A stretch of DNA of 64,000 nt. Source: Christensenellales bacterium. GTDB taxonomy: Bacteria > Bacillota > Clostridia > Christensenellales > CALWSW01. Made by a program: the position numbers and the translations under genes. The DNA lies in the NCBI GenBank assembly GCA_040768925.1, contig JAXGLZ010000003.1:383688-447687 (forward strand), written 5' to 3'. Of the stretch, positions 55,462 to 64,000 are shown piece by piece. How positions within the stretch are numbered: the stretch's first letter is position 1; the number at the start of each line of letters is the position of its first letter. The notes beneath the pieces were generated by a model that searched no databases, was not told the origin of the DNA, and worked only from the letters and a program-made list of their open reading frames with translations.

Positions 55462-56670
55462 TTATGAGCCTTCAAGCTCGCTTAATGATGTGATGATGTC
55501 AATAAATTTTTCGCGGTCATCTTTGTCCCATGCTGCATCCAGCAGGTAATAACCGCGGAGCGGGCCGGTTTTTATCTTGGCAATTACAAACCGTTTGGGC
55601 ATGTCTTTGAGCCGGGATCGTCGGGGACTCCTTTTTTTCTCCTGTAGGAGCACTTGGGCCTTTTCCCAGTCGGAACGCTTAATGATGGCGGGATGGGTAT
55701 TTTCCCAGTAGAATTTCCCAAGGATATTCCGGTTTTTTGCAGATTTGTGCGTCAGGTAATCCTTGGTATAAGGTTTCTGATATTCTACATCACCGCAATA
55801 TTTTTCGTTGCCCAGAATGCCCTTGATCGTACCACTGCGCCATCGCTCCATTCCCTTGGGCGATTTAATGCCTTGTGCGGCAAGCGATTCAGCGATATCG
55901 TCCGGCGAGGACCCTTCAAGGAAGCTGTCATAAATGTAGTGGACAATCTCGGCCTCCGCCGGTTCGATTTTTACAGTCCCGGTATAATCGCGGTAATAAC
56001 CAAGGGTGTTCACAACAGTAAATTTGTAAATTCCCTCTTGCATGCGCCAGCGTATTCCGGCCTTGATTGCCTCGCTTTTTTGGTATGATTCCAGTTCAGC
56101 AAGGACGGCTAAAATGGATATCAGCAGTTTGTTGTTGCCGTCCAATGTATTAATCCCATCGGTTTCGAAAATCACTCGAACAGGCGGGTTCAGCGCGTCA
56201 AGGGTGCGGAGCGTTGTGAGGATGTCAACTATATTCCGTCCAAAGCGCGTAATGCTTTTGGTGAGGACAATGTCGATTTTTCCGTCTTTCGCGTCCTCAA
56301 TCATCTGCTGAAATTCCGCGCGGTTGTGAACCTGCGTACCGCTGATGCCTTCGTCACAATAAAGGCGTGCCAACTCATAACGGGGATTGTTTCGGATGAC
56401 ATCCAGGAAGTGGATTTTTTGCATTTCAAAGCTGCCCATCTGCATATCCTCCTGGGTGCTGACGCGGATATACGCCGCCGCTTTTAACAGCGGCGCGTCC
56501 GGCGCTGCTCCCTCCTTTTGAACGGGAGGAATGTACGTCATTTTTCGTTCACCGCGCTGGTTCCGCGCAATATCCTCCTGCATGTTTTGGCGCGCTTCCT
56601 CTTTTCGGCTGGCCCGCTGCTTTTTCGTCCGCTCTCGCTCAATGTGGCCGGCGTCCAGTTTCTTCGCCAT
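55462..56670 (-). CDS. Serine recombinase (resolvase/invertase catalytic domain plus recombinase domain, 402 aa)
   Basis: AAAYIRVSTQEDMQ (catalytic Ser context), DEGISGT, TKSITRFGRN, then a recombinase-domain segment GYYRDYTG...SPKGMERWRSGTIKGILGNEKYCGD. Confidence 0.85.
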   Translation of the reverse strand: MAKKLDAGHIERERTKKQRASRKEEARQNMQEDIARNQRGERKMTYIPPVQKEGAAPDAPLLKAAAYIRVSTQEDMQMGSFEMQKIHFLDVIRNNPRYELARLYCDEGISGTQVHNRAEFQQMIEDAKDGKIDIVLTKSITRFGRNIVDILTTLRTLDALNPPVRVIFETDGINTLDGNNKLLISILAVLAELESYQKSEAIKAGIRWRMQEGIYKFTVVNTLGYYRDYTGTVKIEPAEAEIVHYIYDSFLEGSSPDDIAESLAAQGIKSPKGMERWRSGTIKGILGNEKYCGDVEYQKPYTKDYLTHKSAKNRNILGKFYWENTHPAIIKRSDWEKAQVLLQEKKRSPRRSRLKDMPKRFVIAKIKTGPLRGYYLLDAAWDKDDREKFIDIITSLSELEGS

Positions 56671-56856
56671 GACTACAGCCCCTTATCGTCGCTTCCACCT
56701 GAAATATGCACCGGGCACACACCTCCTTCCTTGCCACGATATTCCAAAACAAATCTTCATATTTACATCACCCCCTTCACCGCGCCCATATTCTATGCAA
56801 GGCCTTAGCGTATCAGATTCACCAATGCGCCGTGCATGATGCGGCAAATATATCTT

Positions 56857-57173
56857 AGCACCGGCAGGTGCGCAGCCGTCCCCGAAAGGGACGATCACCG
56901 GGGCCCAGGGTATCCCCAGCAAGCAGTTTTGGTATTTCCTCCTGCCGGACGAAATACCAAAACTAGCAGGTGCATTTGCACATGCATTGCTTGCCACATT
57001 GGAAAAGCCTGATTTCAGCGGCCAAATCGAAATGCGCAAGCAATGCAAATTTGTACAATTTTGCAAAAAACGCTCGGCTTCCCATCAGGGCAGCCGAGCG
57101 TTTTTTCTTGTTGGGGCACACACCCCAAATCCTAAGATCGCCCCGATGGGGCGGCTGCGCACACGCCGGTGCT
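56857..57173. repeat. Inverted pair of structured repeats bracketing a 264-bp segment
   Basis: AGCACCGGCAGGTGCGCAGCCGTCCCC (56857-56883) versus the reverse complement of 57148-57173 (AGCACCGGCGTGTGCGCAGCCGCCCC). Each continues into a small hairpin (GTCCC..GGGAC / GCCCC..GGGGC) with a compensatory change. Confidence 0.7.
57065..57106. terminator. Bidirectional terminator-like hairpin inside the IR-bracketed segment
   Basis: AAAAAA-CGCTCGGCT-(12-nt loop)-AGCCGAGCG-TTTTTT. Confidence 0.7.
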
Positions 57174-57862
57174 GGAGCATTAAAGGCACTCTGCACTTAT
57201 GATAACACTGTTGACATAAATATTTTGATCCGGTTATTTTCTCAAAACTATTTCTTTATCAGCCGCTGGTATTCGCCAAAAGGCAAATCGCTCTCGAAGG
57301 CCCGGGCGCGCAGGCCGATGGCGTATGCGTCCCACTGTTCAAACTCCGCGCGTTCTATTCTTCCCCTTTGAAAAACGGGCATAGTGCGCCTTTTAAGCGC
57401 GGTTATATGTCAGTCCTACCGGATCGGTTTTGCACTTTTTGTTGTATTCTCCCGTGTGCCCAAGCTCCGGCAGGTTTCGGCTTTTCCTTTTTGGAATGTG
57501 ATGCGGTTGCAATAATTGCCCGTGAGTCAGCAAAAATCATTCCTTGCAGTTGGCGCACTTTTGAGGCAGATAATTGTTTTTCAGCCCACGGAAAAATCAG
57601 TGTAGAGGAAAGCGCCAAGACTGTCAAAGGTATAGCTGTCAGCCAATATGCGCGTGAAGACCTCGGCAAAATGTTGGTGGCCTATTACCTGCTCGTCAAC
57701 AGGGACAGGTACCAAAACAACTTCGGCGTGCTTCGCAATGCCGATACGCTGCAATGTCTGGGTATCTAAACGTAGGAATAGCTCTCTTTTTGACGAAGAT
57801 ATTATAAACCACGTCTATATCATGGATCCGCACAACAGAATGAATATGGAGGAATCACCGCA

Positions 57863-58660
57863 ATGATCAAAATGATCGCATTGGATTTGGATGGAACTTT
57901 GGTGGAACACCGCCCCGAAGGAATATATGTGCCGCCCAAGACGCTGGAGCTCTTTGAAGAACTCATCAAAAAAGGGATGTATATCGGGATAGATACAGGC
58001 CGCGCGCACTGGGAAATGATCAATATACTGAAAGACCTTCAAATAGGAGCCGATTCATTGTTCCCCAGCTTTTTTGTGGCAGAGGAAAACCATATCTTTT
58101 GGAAAAAGGATGGCGCGTTTATACCGCAATCGGACCACAACATCCCCATGCAGAAAATGCTCGATGACTTTGCTATGTCCATAGCTGAAGAGACCAGAGC
58201 AATTCTCGGCTTTTTGCGGGAAAACGAAGCGGGCCCTGCTTTCTGGGTTATTTTTTCAACTTTCGCGCTAGAGATGACATATCCGGATGTGGAAAGCGCC
58301 CAGAAGGCGCTGGATCTTCTGCCGAAATACTTTGGAGACAGGGATTTCAAGCTGCATCGCAATACAGTACAGGTGCAGGTCCTCCCGAAGGATACCGGAA
58401 AAGGACGCACTTTGCTGGCCGTAGCCAGACACGTTCATATTGAGCCCAGCAAAATTCTTACAATGGGTGATTCGCTCAACGATTCGGACATGCTTGCCGA
58501 CCTTTATGGGTTTGAAGCGGCGACGGTTTCCAACGCCGACCCGCGGGTGTTGGACTTGATTGCGTCCAGAGGCGGGTATATCGCCAAAGGCGTTGCCGGC
58601 GAAGGCGTCCGCGAAACGATAGAATTTTATAGAGCCAATGGAAGGCTCGCCGTTAAGTGA
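57863..58660 (+). CDS. HAD-superfamily (Cof-type, IIB) hydrolase
   Basis: Motif I IALDLDGTL, motif II-like GIDTGR, motif III/IV K...MGDSLNDSDM. Confidence 0.8.
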   Translation: MIKMIALDLDGTLVEHRPEGIYVPPKTLELFEELIKKGMYIGIDTGRAHWEMINILKDLQIGADSLFPSFFVAEENHIFWKKDGAFIPQSDHNIPMQKMLDDFAMSIAEETRAILGFLRENEAGPAFWVIFSTFALEMTYPDVESAQKALDLLPKYFGDRDFKLHRNTVQVQVLPKDTGKGRTLLAVARHVHIEPSKILTMGDSLNDSDMLADLYGFEAATVSNADPRVLDLIASRGGYIAKGVAGEGVRETIEFYRANGRLAVK

Positions 58661-58689
58661 AGTAATAGCCATGTAATAGGCAAAGTAGG

Positions 58690-58943
58690 AATTCGGACTC
58701 CTGTATCCATCTGCAGGAGGTATACTGATCTCTGAGCATGAAAGGATGTCCTTACGACAATGCCGTGGCTGGATCAACCCTTCAAATGATCAAAGCCGGT
58801 TTGCTTCCTGCCGTCGTTTCGATACGCTCGACCAGCTTCAAGGGGTATTGGCGGACTATATGCATTGGTTGAACAACATACGCCTACATGGTGCGTTGGG
58901 TTATCTGCCACCGATAGAATTCAAGAGATCCTGTACCTTTTAG
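58690..58943 (+). pseudogene. IS3-family transposase (OrfB) 3' remnant with frameshifts
   Basis: SMKGCPYDNAVAGS in one frame and FDTLDQLQGVLADYMHWLNNIRLHGALGYLPPIEF in another. This is the typical C-terminal IS3 integrase-core end. Confidence 0.7.
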
Positions 58944-59148
58944 ATCGAGACCGCCCTGATTTGGACCTGTTGACAAAGTCGTATTCTCTGGGGTAATTGG
59001 AGAAATCGAAATAAGCAAAAAGGATGACAAAAAACCCTCGGGCAGCCTTGCCATCCTTTCTATTTAACGCCAACGCCTGAAGGAATATTCTCCGAGCGTA
59101 TCCCATACATACCCTACAAGAAGTATTTTGATCAGACCCACCGGATCG

Positions 59149-59718
59149 ATTGATGGCCTGACCTTCGGCTTCAAGAAGAATGGGTGCCTCGAAATGACCG
59201 TCGTTGAAAATTTCAATGGCGTCGGTGGAAACATCACTATAGGCGTAGTCATACAAGCGCTCATATCGCAGCATCTGGCCGGATTTCTCCGCTACCACGC
59301 GCAGACTGTCACGCTTGTACCACGCGCCTTTCAGCGTGATGGTGATATCGCATTCCATACGGCCGCCTCTGATTTCGCCCTTGGCTACGCTCTCAACCTC
59401 GGCGTCCGCGAGGAACTCACCGCTTGCACTTTCATACCGAGGCGCGTACACGAGCCGCATGACATCGGATGCGGCGATGAAGTTGACCAGCGCGCGGTAT
59501 CCGTCATATGCGCGCGCCCCGTTAAAGGCGATCACTCCGGTGAAGGAGCGAAGGGGGAACGCCTCGCTCACCACACGCGCCGAATCTCCGGTCAGTTCAT
59601 ACCCGCGTGACATGGACAGCCCCAGGCCGGCAGGCGAAGCGAGGAGGGCGCCGTTCTTTAGGTCTTGCAGGTTGAACCGCTGGTTCTGTCCGTTCTCCAA
59701 GAAAAACCTTCTGTGCAT
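59149..59718 (-). pseudogene. Phage distal tail protein (Dit / siphovirus tail component), C-terminally truncated
   Basis: The N-terminal pattern FFLENGQNQRFNLQDL...ASPAGLGLSMS, and its position directly downstream of a tape-measure fragment. After about aa 190 the ORF runs into unrelated sequence next to the IS3 remnant. Confidence 0.5.
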
Positions 59719-59730
59719 ATCGCCACCCCC

Positions 59731-60456
59731 TTAATACGCCAAGCCGAGCCTGCGGTTGACTACGTTCACCAGCATGCTGATCTGTCCTTCGTCGAGCGCG
59801 TTGGTATGGACGTTGATCGTTACGCTGTTCCCGGCTGCAACAGGCACATTGCCGGGAAATTGTCCGCCGATTGCGATATCCGCTTTCGCACCGTCCACAG
59901 CGGCGTTGAGTTTGCCCATGGCTTGATCGACCAGCGACACGCTTCCCGTTATACCTTCCGCGAGACCAAGCCCCATGTTTTTACCTATGGCAGCGAATAC
60001 GGTGGACGGGGAATGGATTCCGAGAACGCTCTTTACACCGTTAACAATGCCGCTGAAGAAACCCTTGACCTTATCCCATAACCAGCTGGCCATGGATTTG
60101 ATTCCTTCCCATATACCGGTTACAAAACTCGAGGCCAATTCGCCTGCAGCCTTGACCAGATTCCATGCGGCTTCGCCTAGGCCTTTGATCAGCGCCCAGA
60201 CTATCTCAATACCTGCCTTGATGATCTGCGGCAGGTTATCGATGATGGCCTTTACAATCTGCGGGATCATGTCGATAACGCCTTGGATCAGCTTCGGAAT
60301 CGCCTCTACGATGCCCTTGATGACGGCCATGATGATCTTAATGCCCGCCTCTATAATCTTAGGCAGGTTGTCCACAATCGCCTTGACGATTTTCGGGATC
60401 ATCTCAATAACGCAGGAGATGAGCTTTGGAAGTGCGTCGATGATGCCAAGTACCAA
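59731..60456 (-). pseudogene. Phage tail tape measure protein, C-terminal ~240 aa only
   Basis: Periodic LPKLI..VI.MIPKIVKAIVDNLPKII repeats and GIHSPSTVFAAIGKNMGLGLAEGI are typical of a TMP C-terminus. There is no plausible start: only a TTG, with an in-frame stop 9 codons upstream. Confidence 0.65.
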
Positions 60457-60490
60457 TGGGCAGGTCGTCTGCGCCCAATCGTATCAATTG

Positions 60491-61357
60491 CTAACTGTAC
60501 ATCATGCCGGGCATGACAACCTCATGTGAACTATAACCCGGCATTTTTAAGTCGCCCATCAGCGCGGCAGAATAGATGGAGCGTTTGCCAAACCTGCGGC
60601 GGATGTCCTCAATGGCGGTTTCCAGTTTGTCGCGCTTTTCGATATGCGCCATATCGGTAAACAGGTCTATCTGCTGCGTAGTGGTCTGAGGCACAAGATT
60701 AATTGCCCGTACCGTTACCGCTCTAACCGGTCGACTCCAATCATACCGCGTGCGGAAAAGCTCTCTCGCTTTTTCAGCAATGGTCATGGGGCTGCGGGTA
60801 GCCAGCCGGAACTGGCTCTGATACTGGTTGTAGTAAAGATCGTTGTTCTTCACCGTTATCTGGACTCCGCCGGCCATAAGCTCATGAACGCGCAGTTTGT
60901 GCCCGATGTCCTGTGACAACTCCAGCATGACCTTCCAAGCCTCGCCCTCATTTTCGAGGTCAGCCACGCAGGTGATACCGTGCCCGATGGACTTTACGGG
61001 AGACACAAAATCCCGGTGCGCTACCCGTGAAGTGTCGTTACCGGACGCGAAGTTCCAGATCATTTCGCCGTTCACGCCGAGCCAATCGCGCAGATACTTC
61101 GGGTCCCAGGCCGCGATGTCTCCAATGGTGGCGATACCTTTATCCGCGAGCTTTTTGGTGGTGGCTCTGCCGACATATATCATGTCGGATGCGGGGAGCG
61201 GCCACACCTTATCCTTAAAGTTCTCACGGCTGACCTCCGTAATAGCATCCGGCTTTTTCATATCGCTGCCGAGCTTTGCAAAGATTTTGTTGAAGCTGAT
61301 GCCGATGCTGACCGTAAGGCCAAGCTCTTCCTTAACGCCGCCGGCGACGGACGTCAA
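60491..61357 (-). pseudogene. Y-family DNA polymerase (DinB/UmuC-like) lacking about 100-130 N-terminal residues
   Basis: It starts in the palm region (LGLTVSIGISFNKIFAKLGSDMKKPDA), then thumb and little-finger domains. The catalytic DMDxFFA/SIDE segments are absent. The ORF-track start is a TTG. Confidence 0.7.
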
Positions 61358-61520
61358 GGGTAAACAAGCGGCTGCGCCGCCCTTGACATCCGCCCCTGTT
61401 GGCGTTATCTTGCTAACAAGGCGGCAACGAACAAGTCCGCTGCCGCCATTAAAAATTTCGCTCTGTTTTACACCATTGTTTTTAGTTTACACAGAATAAG
61501 GGATATACCAGAATCATCTG

Positions 61521-63989
61521 TTACATACAGCTTTGAACCTCATAAATCATGATCTGATTCTCTTTCGCTTTTTGCATCTCATTAATTAAAGTGTTGTCAA
61601 AAGTCACTGTACTTTCTGATATATCAATTTGCATATGATTAATATACTTTTTAAGCAAAAGTGTTGCAGCACTTAATGATAAACCGTTTTTCAGCAGACA
61701 AATCGTAGTCTCATCGTCAGTTCCATACTTTATCTGAGCATAGAACTTATCTTCAAGTAAACCCAAGTCATGAAGAACTTCTACATACTTAATCAGCACA
61801 TTATCAATAAAGTCCTGTTCTTCTTTAATACGAACGATTGCCAAATTTACAATTTTAGTTCGGTCTTTATCGCTAAGTTTCGTATAATGGGCAACATTGC
61901 TCCCTTGACGTTTTACATCCCCCCATTTTCCAACATAGATAATAACAGATATATCTCGTTGATAGAGCTTTCGCCAATGACCGACAAAAAGTCCAATCAT
62001 TTCAGAATAGGATTTGTTATCAGCTCTCCATCGCAACATCATTGCATAAAAATTTCGTGCTTCTTTATTTTCCAAACGTTTTAAGTTATCGTTCCTACCA
62101 TCTGGAAGATACTGAATGAATAGGTCGTAGATTAAGTCCAACAGTTGATCTGTATCACTTATCTTCGGACTGGTAGCTTGATAAACATCTACTTTTTGCT
62201 GCATATTGGCTTCGTGAGAAAAGATATCGATTTCACTGATTCCGTTCATAATGCACGCTTTTCCAACATCGGTTTGCGTATATCTTTCCTGGTAATTTTC
62301 GACTACACCGTTTTCATAATTTTCAATAAACTCTGACGCCTGGCGCAAATCACCTTCGTTGTTAGAATCAATTTTTGTTTGGCTCAGCAGAACATTCTCA
62401 ACATCATCCTTGTACTTCAACTCAACTTTAGCAACGTTCCGCAAGAAATTTTCACAATTGGCATTTTGAGCAAAGTATTGTCCGTACACAAGATATATTT
62501 GCGGTTCTAATCGTTGTAGCGTTCCATTATTTCGGTCAAAAATTTCACTGAATCTACATACACGTCCAACCAGATTTTTGAATGCATCATGGCTTAAATA
62601 TGATTTACCACGCCTATTATCGAGTATAAACATCCTTTCAGCAGGAAGATTCACACCAGACAATAATGTAGAACTGGTAACAACATATTTGATGGTTGGC
62701 TCTTTTTTATATAAGTCTTCTATGTAGCTTCTAATCGCATCGGGAACACTACCATGATGATAGATAATACCTTTCCGCAGGCAAGCTAACAAATTATATT
62801 GGGGTTGCAGATACTCGGAAATATTTCCACAAGCTGTTGAAACAGGTTCCGACTCAACCTTTGGTAAGACATCGGCTAACGCCAATGCAAACTTCTCTAT
62901 ATCAGTTGGCTTGTTCAAATAAATGATGTTCTTATTCGCACTATACTGTTTAATAATCTCTTCTTCGAAGACAAAGGTTTCGGGCACTAATATGGGCAAA
63001 TATCTGTTAAAGAATTGATCATAAAGTTGCAGCCCTTTGTGATCCCTTATGTCATATAAAAAGTATTTTTCAGATTTTATATACTCACTTACCTTAAACC
63101 CTTCGATATCATATGTTGTGTATCTTGTTTTCAAGTTTTCGCCATCAGCAAGAAATGGGGTCAGGAATTTGAATGCGACATTTTGATTTCTTTTTTGCGC
63201 AACAATAATTACATTTGCCAAAGTGTGGCTACGATCATCATCCTCCAAAATCTCATGTGCTTCATCTACAATTATACAGTCAAAAGCTAAATCAGGATCC
63301 TTCTTAAAAACTCTGAGTAAACGTTCCTGTGTTAACACAGCAAGGCAAGATTGGTCGTTGGGATTGTACATTTCAGGATGAACAACAATTTTAGGAAAAA
63401 TGCCTTTGCTCACACTCTGAATTCTTTTCTTTGTTTGGATCAGAAGCGCCTTTGTTGATGTTAATACACAAACTTTCTTTCCGGCATAGTCTTTGATTGC
63501 TGACAATATTAACTCTGATTTCCCATAAGATGTTGGAGCGATGACAGACACCGTATCTGATTTCTTATTGTCAAAAAAGCTAACCAACCTGTGTTGCTGT
63601 ACGCTTTGATAGACATCGCCCGCCGCATATTGCTCGAGAAATGCATCATTCCATTCGGTGAAAAAATTTTTCCTGTTATCAGAGATATAGTGTTGCTCAA
63701 TAAATTTGCTAACTGGATAAAGGCCTTTGTTTATAGAAATTTCATACAAAGGAGTATAATCATTTGTCTGGTTGCAATATTCAACAATGATCCGATACCC
63801 AAACTGCTGGACATTCACATCATCAGCATTTGTAAAACAGATAGCAATCGCCAGTAAGCATTCGTACTCTTTGGGGCACAATGATTCGCCAATAATAAAT
63901 CGATCATACAGCGAGGAAAAATCTGTATTCTTGATTTTTGCGAGAGTTAAATCAAACTTCATCTTTTGCCTCGCTTTCCAGGAAGTCAT
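61521..63989 (-). CDS. Large SF2 DEAD/DEAH-box helicase on an AT-rich island (possible defence-associated helicase)
   Basis: Motif I APTSYGKS, motif II IVDEAHEI, motif V-like TSSTLLSGVNLPAERMFI, motif VI-like FKNLVGRVCRF. There are long N- and C-terminal extensions. The alternative start ATG 63959 (MKFDL) has a GAGG RBS. Confidence 0.8.
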   Translation of the reverse strand: MTSWKARQKMKFDLTLAKIKNTDFSSLYDRFIIGESLCPKEYECLLAIAICFTNADDVNVQQFGYRIIVEYCNQTNDYTPLYEISINKGLYPVSKFIEQHYISDNRKNFFTEWNDAFLEQYAAGDVYQSVQQHRLVSFFDNKKSDTVSVIAPTSYGKSELILSAIKDYAGKKVCVLTSTKALLIQTKKRIQSVSKGIFPKIVVHPEMYNPNDQSCLAVLTQERLLRVFKKDPDLAFDCIIVDEAHEILEDDDRSHTLANVIIVAQKRNQNVAFKFLTPFLADGENLKTRYTTYDIEGFKVSEYIKSEKYFLYDIRDHKGLQLYDQFFNRYLPILVPETFVFEEEIIKQYSANKNIIYLNKPTDIEKFALALADVLPKVESEPVSTACGNISEYLQPQYNLLACLRKGIIYHHGSVPDAIRSYIEDLYKKEPTIKYVVTSSTLLSGVNLPAERMFILDNRRGKSYLSHDAFKNLVGRVCRFSEIFDRNNGTLQRLEPQIYLVYGQYFAQNANCENFLRNVAKVELKYKDDVENVLLSQTKIDSNNEGDLRQASEFIENYENGVVENYQERYTQTDVGKACIMNGISEIDIFSHEANMQQKVDVYQATSPKISDTDQLLDLIYDLFIQYLPDGRNDNLKRLENKEARNFYAMMLRWRADNKSYSEMIGLFVGHWRKLYQRDISVIIYVGKWGDVKRQGSNVAHYTKLSDKDRTKIVNLAIVRIKEEQDFIDNVLIKYVEVLHDLGLLEDKFYAQIKYGTDDETTICLLKNGLSLSAATLLLKKYINHMQIDISESTVTFDNTLINEMQKAKENQIMIYEVQSCM

Positions 63990-64000
63990 ATACGGCTTCA

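Noticed and set aside
56884-57147. An invertible promoter inside the IR-bracketed cassette.
   Set aside because: No -35/-10 pair with sensible spacing was found on either strand. The only strong signal is a symmetric terminator. The cassette is therefore reported only as a candidate invertible or mobile structured element, not as a promoter switch.

Overview
This 64-kb window has a mosaic composition (GC values are judged by eye, not computed). A roughly 55-60% GC backbone runs from about 8.7 to 54 kb. Its gene content (lipoboxes, an LPXTG-like tail, Zn-ribbon/MORN membrane proteins, anaerobe-type redox genes) suggests an anaerobic Firmicute/Clostridia-like chromosome. Lower-GC blocks at 1-8.5 kb and about 54.7-64 kb are full of mobile-element scars.

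Backbone content:
- Three paralogous modules pair a MerR-family regulator with a lipoprotein FMN-bind/FAD reductase (extracytoplasmic flavocytochrome-type). Each reductase sits behind a TTGAC(T/C)-N19-TAnnnT promoter.
- Two identical inverted IS30-family copies each carry their own 13-bp target duplication. One of them decapitates a merR gene.
- Other genes: two Zn-ribbon membrane proteins, an AraC-family regulator, a GAF-GGDEF-EAL membrane sensor, an OmpR/HK two-component system with a MacAB-like efflux operon, a 3-subunit xanthine-dehydrogenase-family enzyme beside a diiron (ferritin-like) protein, pyruvate kinase, a secreted SH3b/C39-like peptidase and a formamidase.
- An arsR-DUF2703-arsD-arsA-arsC' operon has no efflux permease and a truncated arsC.

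Left low-GC block:
- An XRE gene plus a truncated DNA methyltransferase.
- A conserved but functionally uncharacterised operon (DUF5320, DUF134, NifU-like, NifX-like, MinD-like 4Fe-4S ATPases) that carries an internal deletion.
- Serine-recombinase stubs.
- An XRE-DUF3800-Cys-rich three-gene module, my best candidate for an undescribed (defence/addiction-like) system.

Right block:
- An ICE protein fragment.
- A serine recombinase next to a structured inverted-repeat cassette.
- A HAD hydrolase.
- IS3 and phage-tail remnants.
- A 5'-truncated Y-family polymerase abutting a very AT-rich island that encodes a large SF2 DEAH helicase running to the window edge.

I found no rRNA, tRNA or CRISPR array. 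All family assignments come from motif recognition by eye, not database searches.
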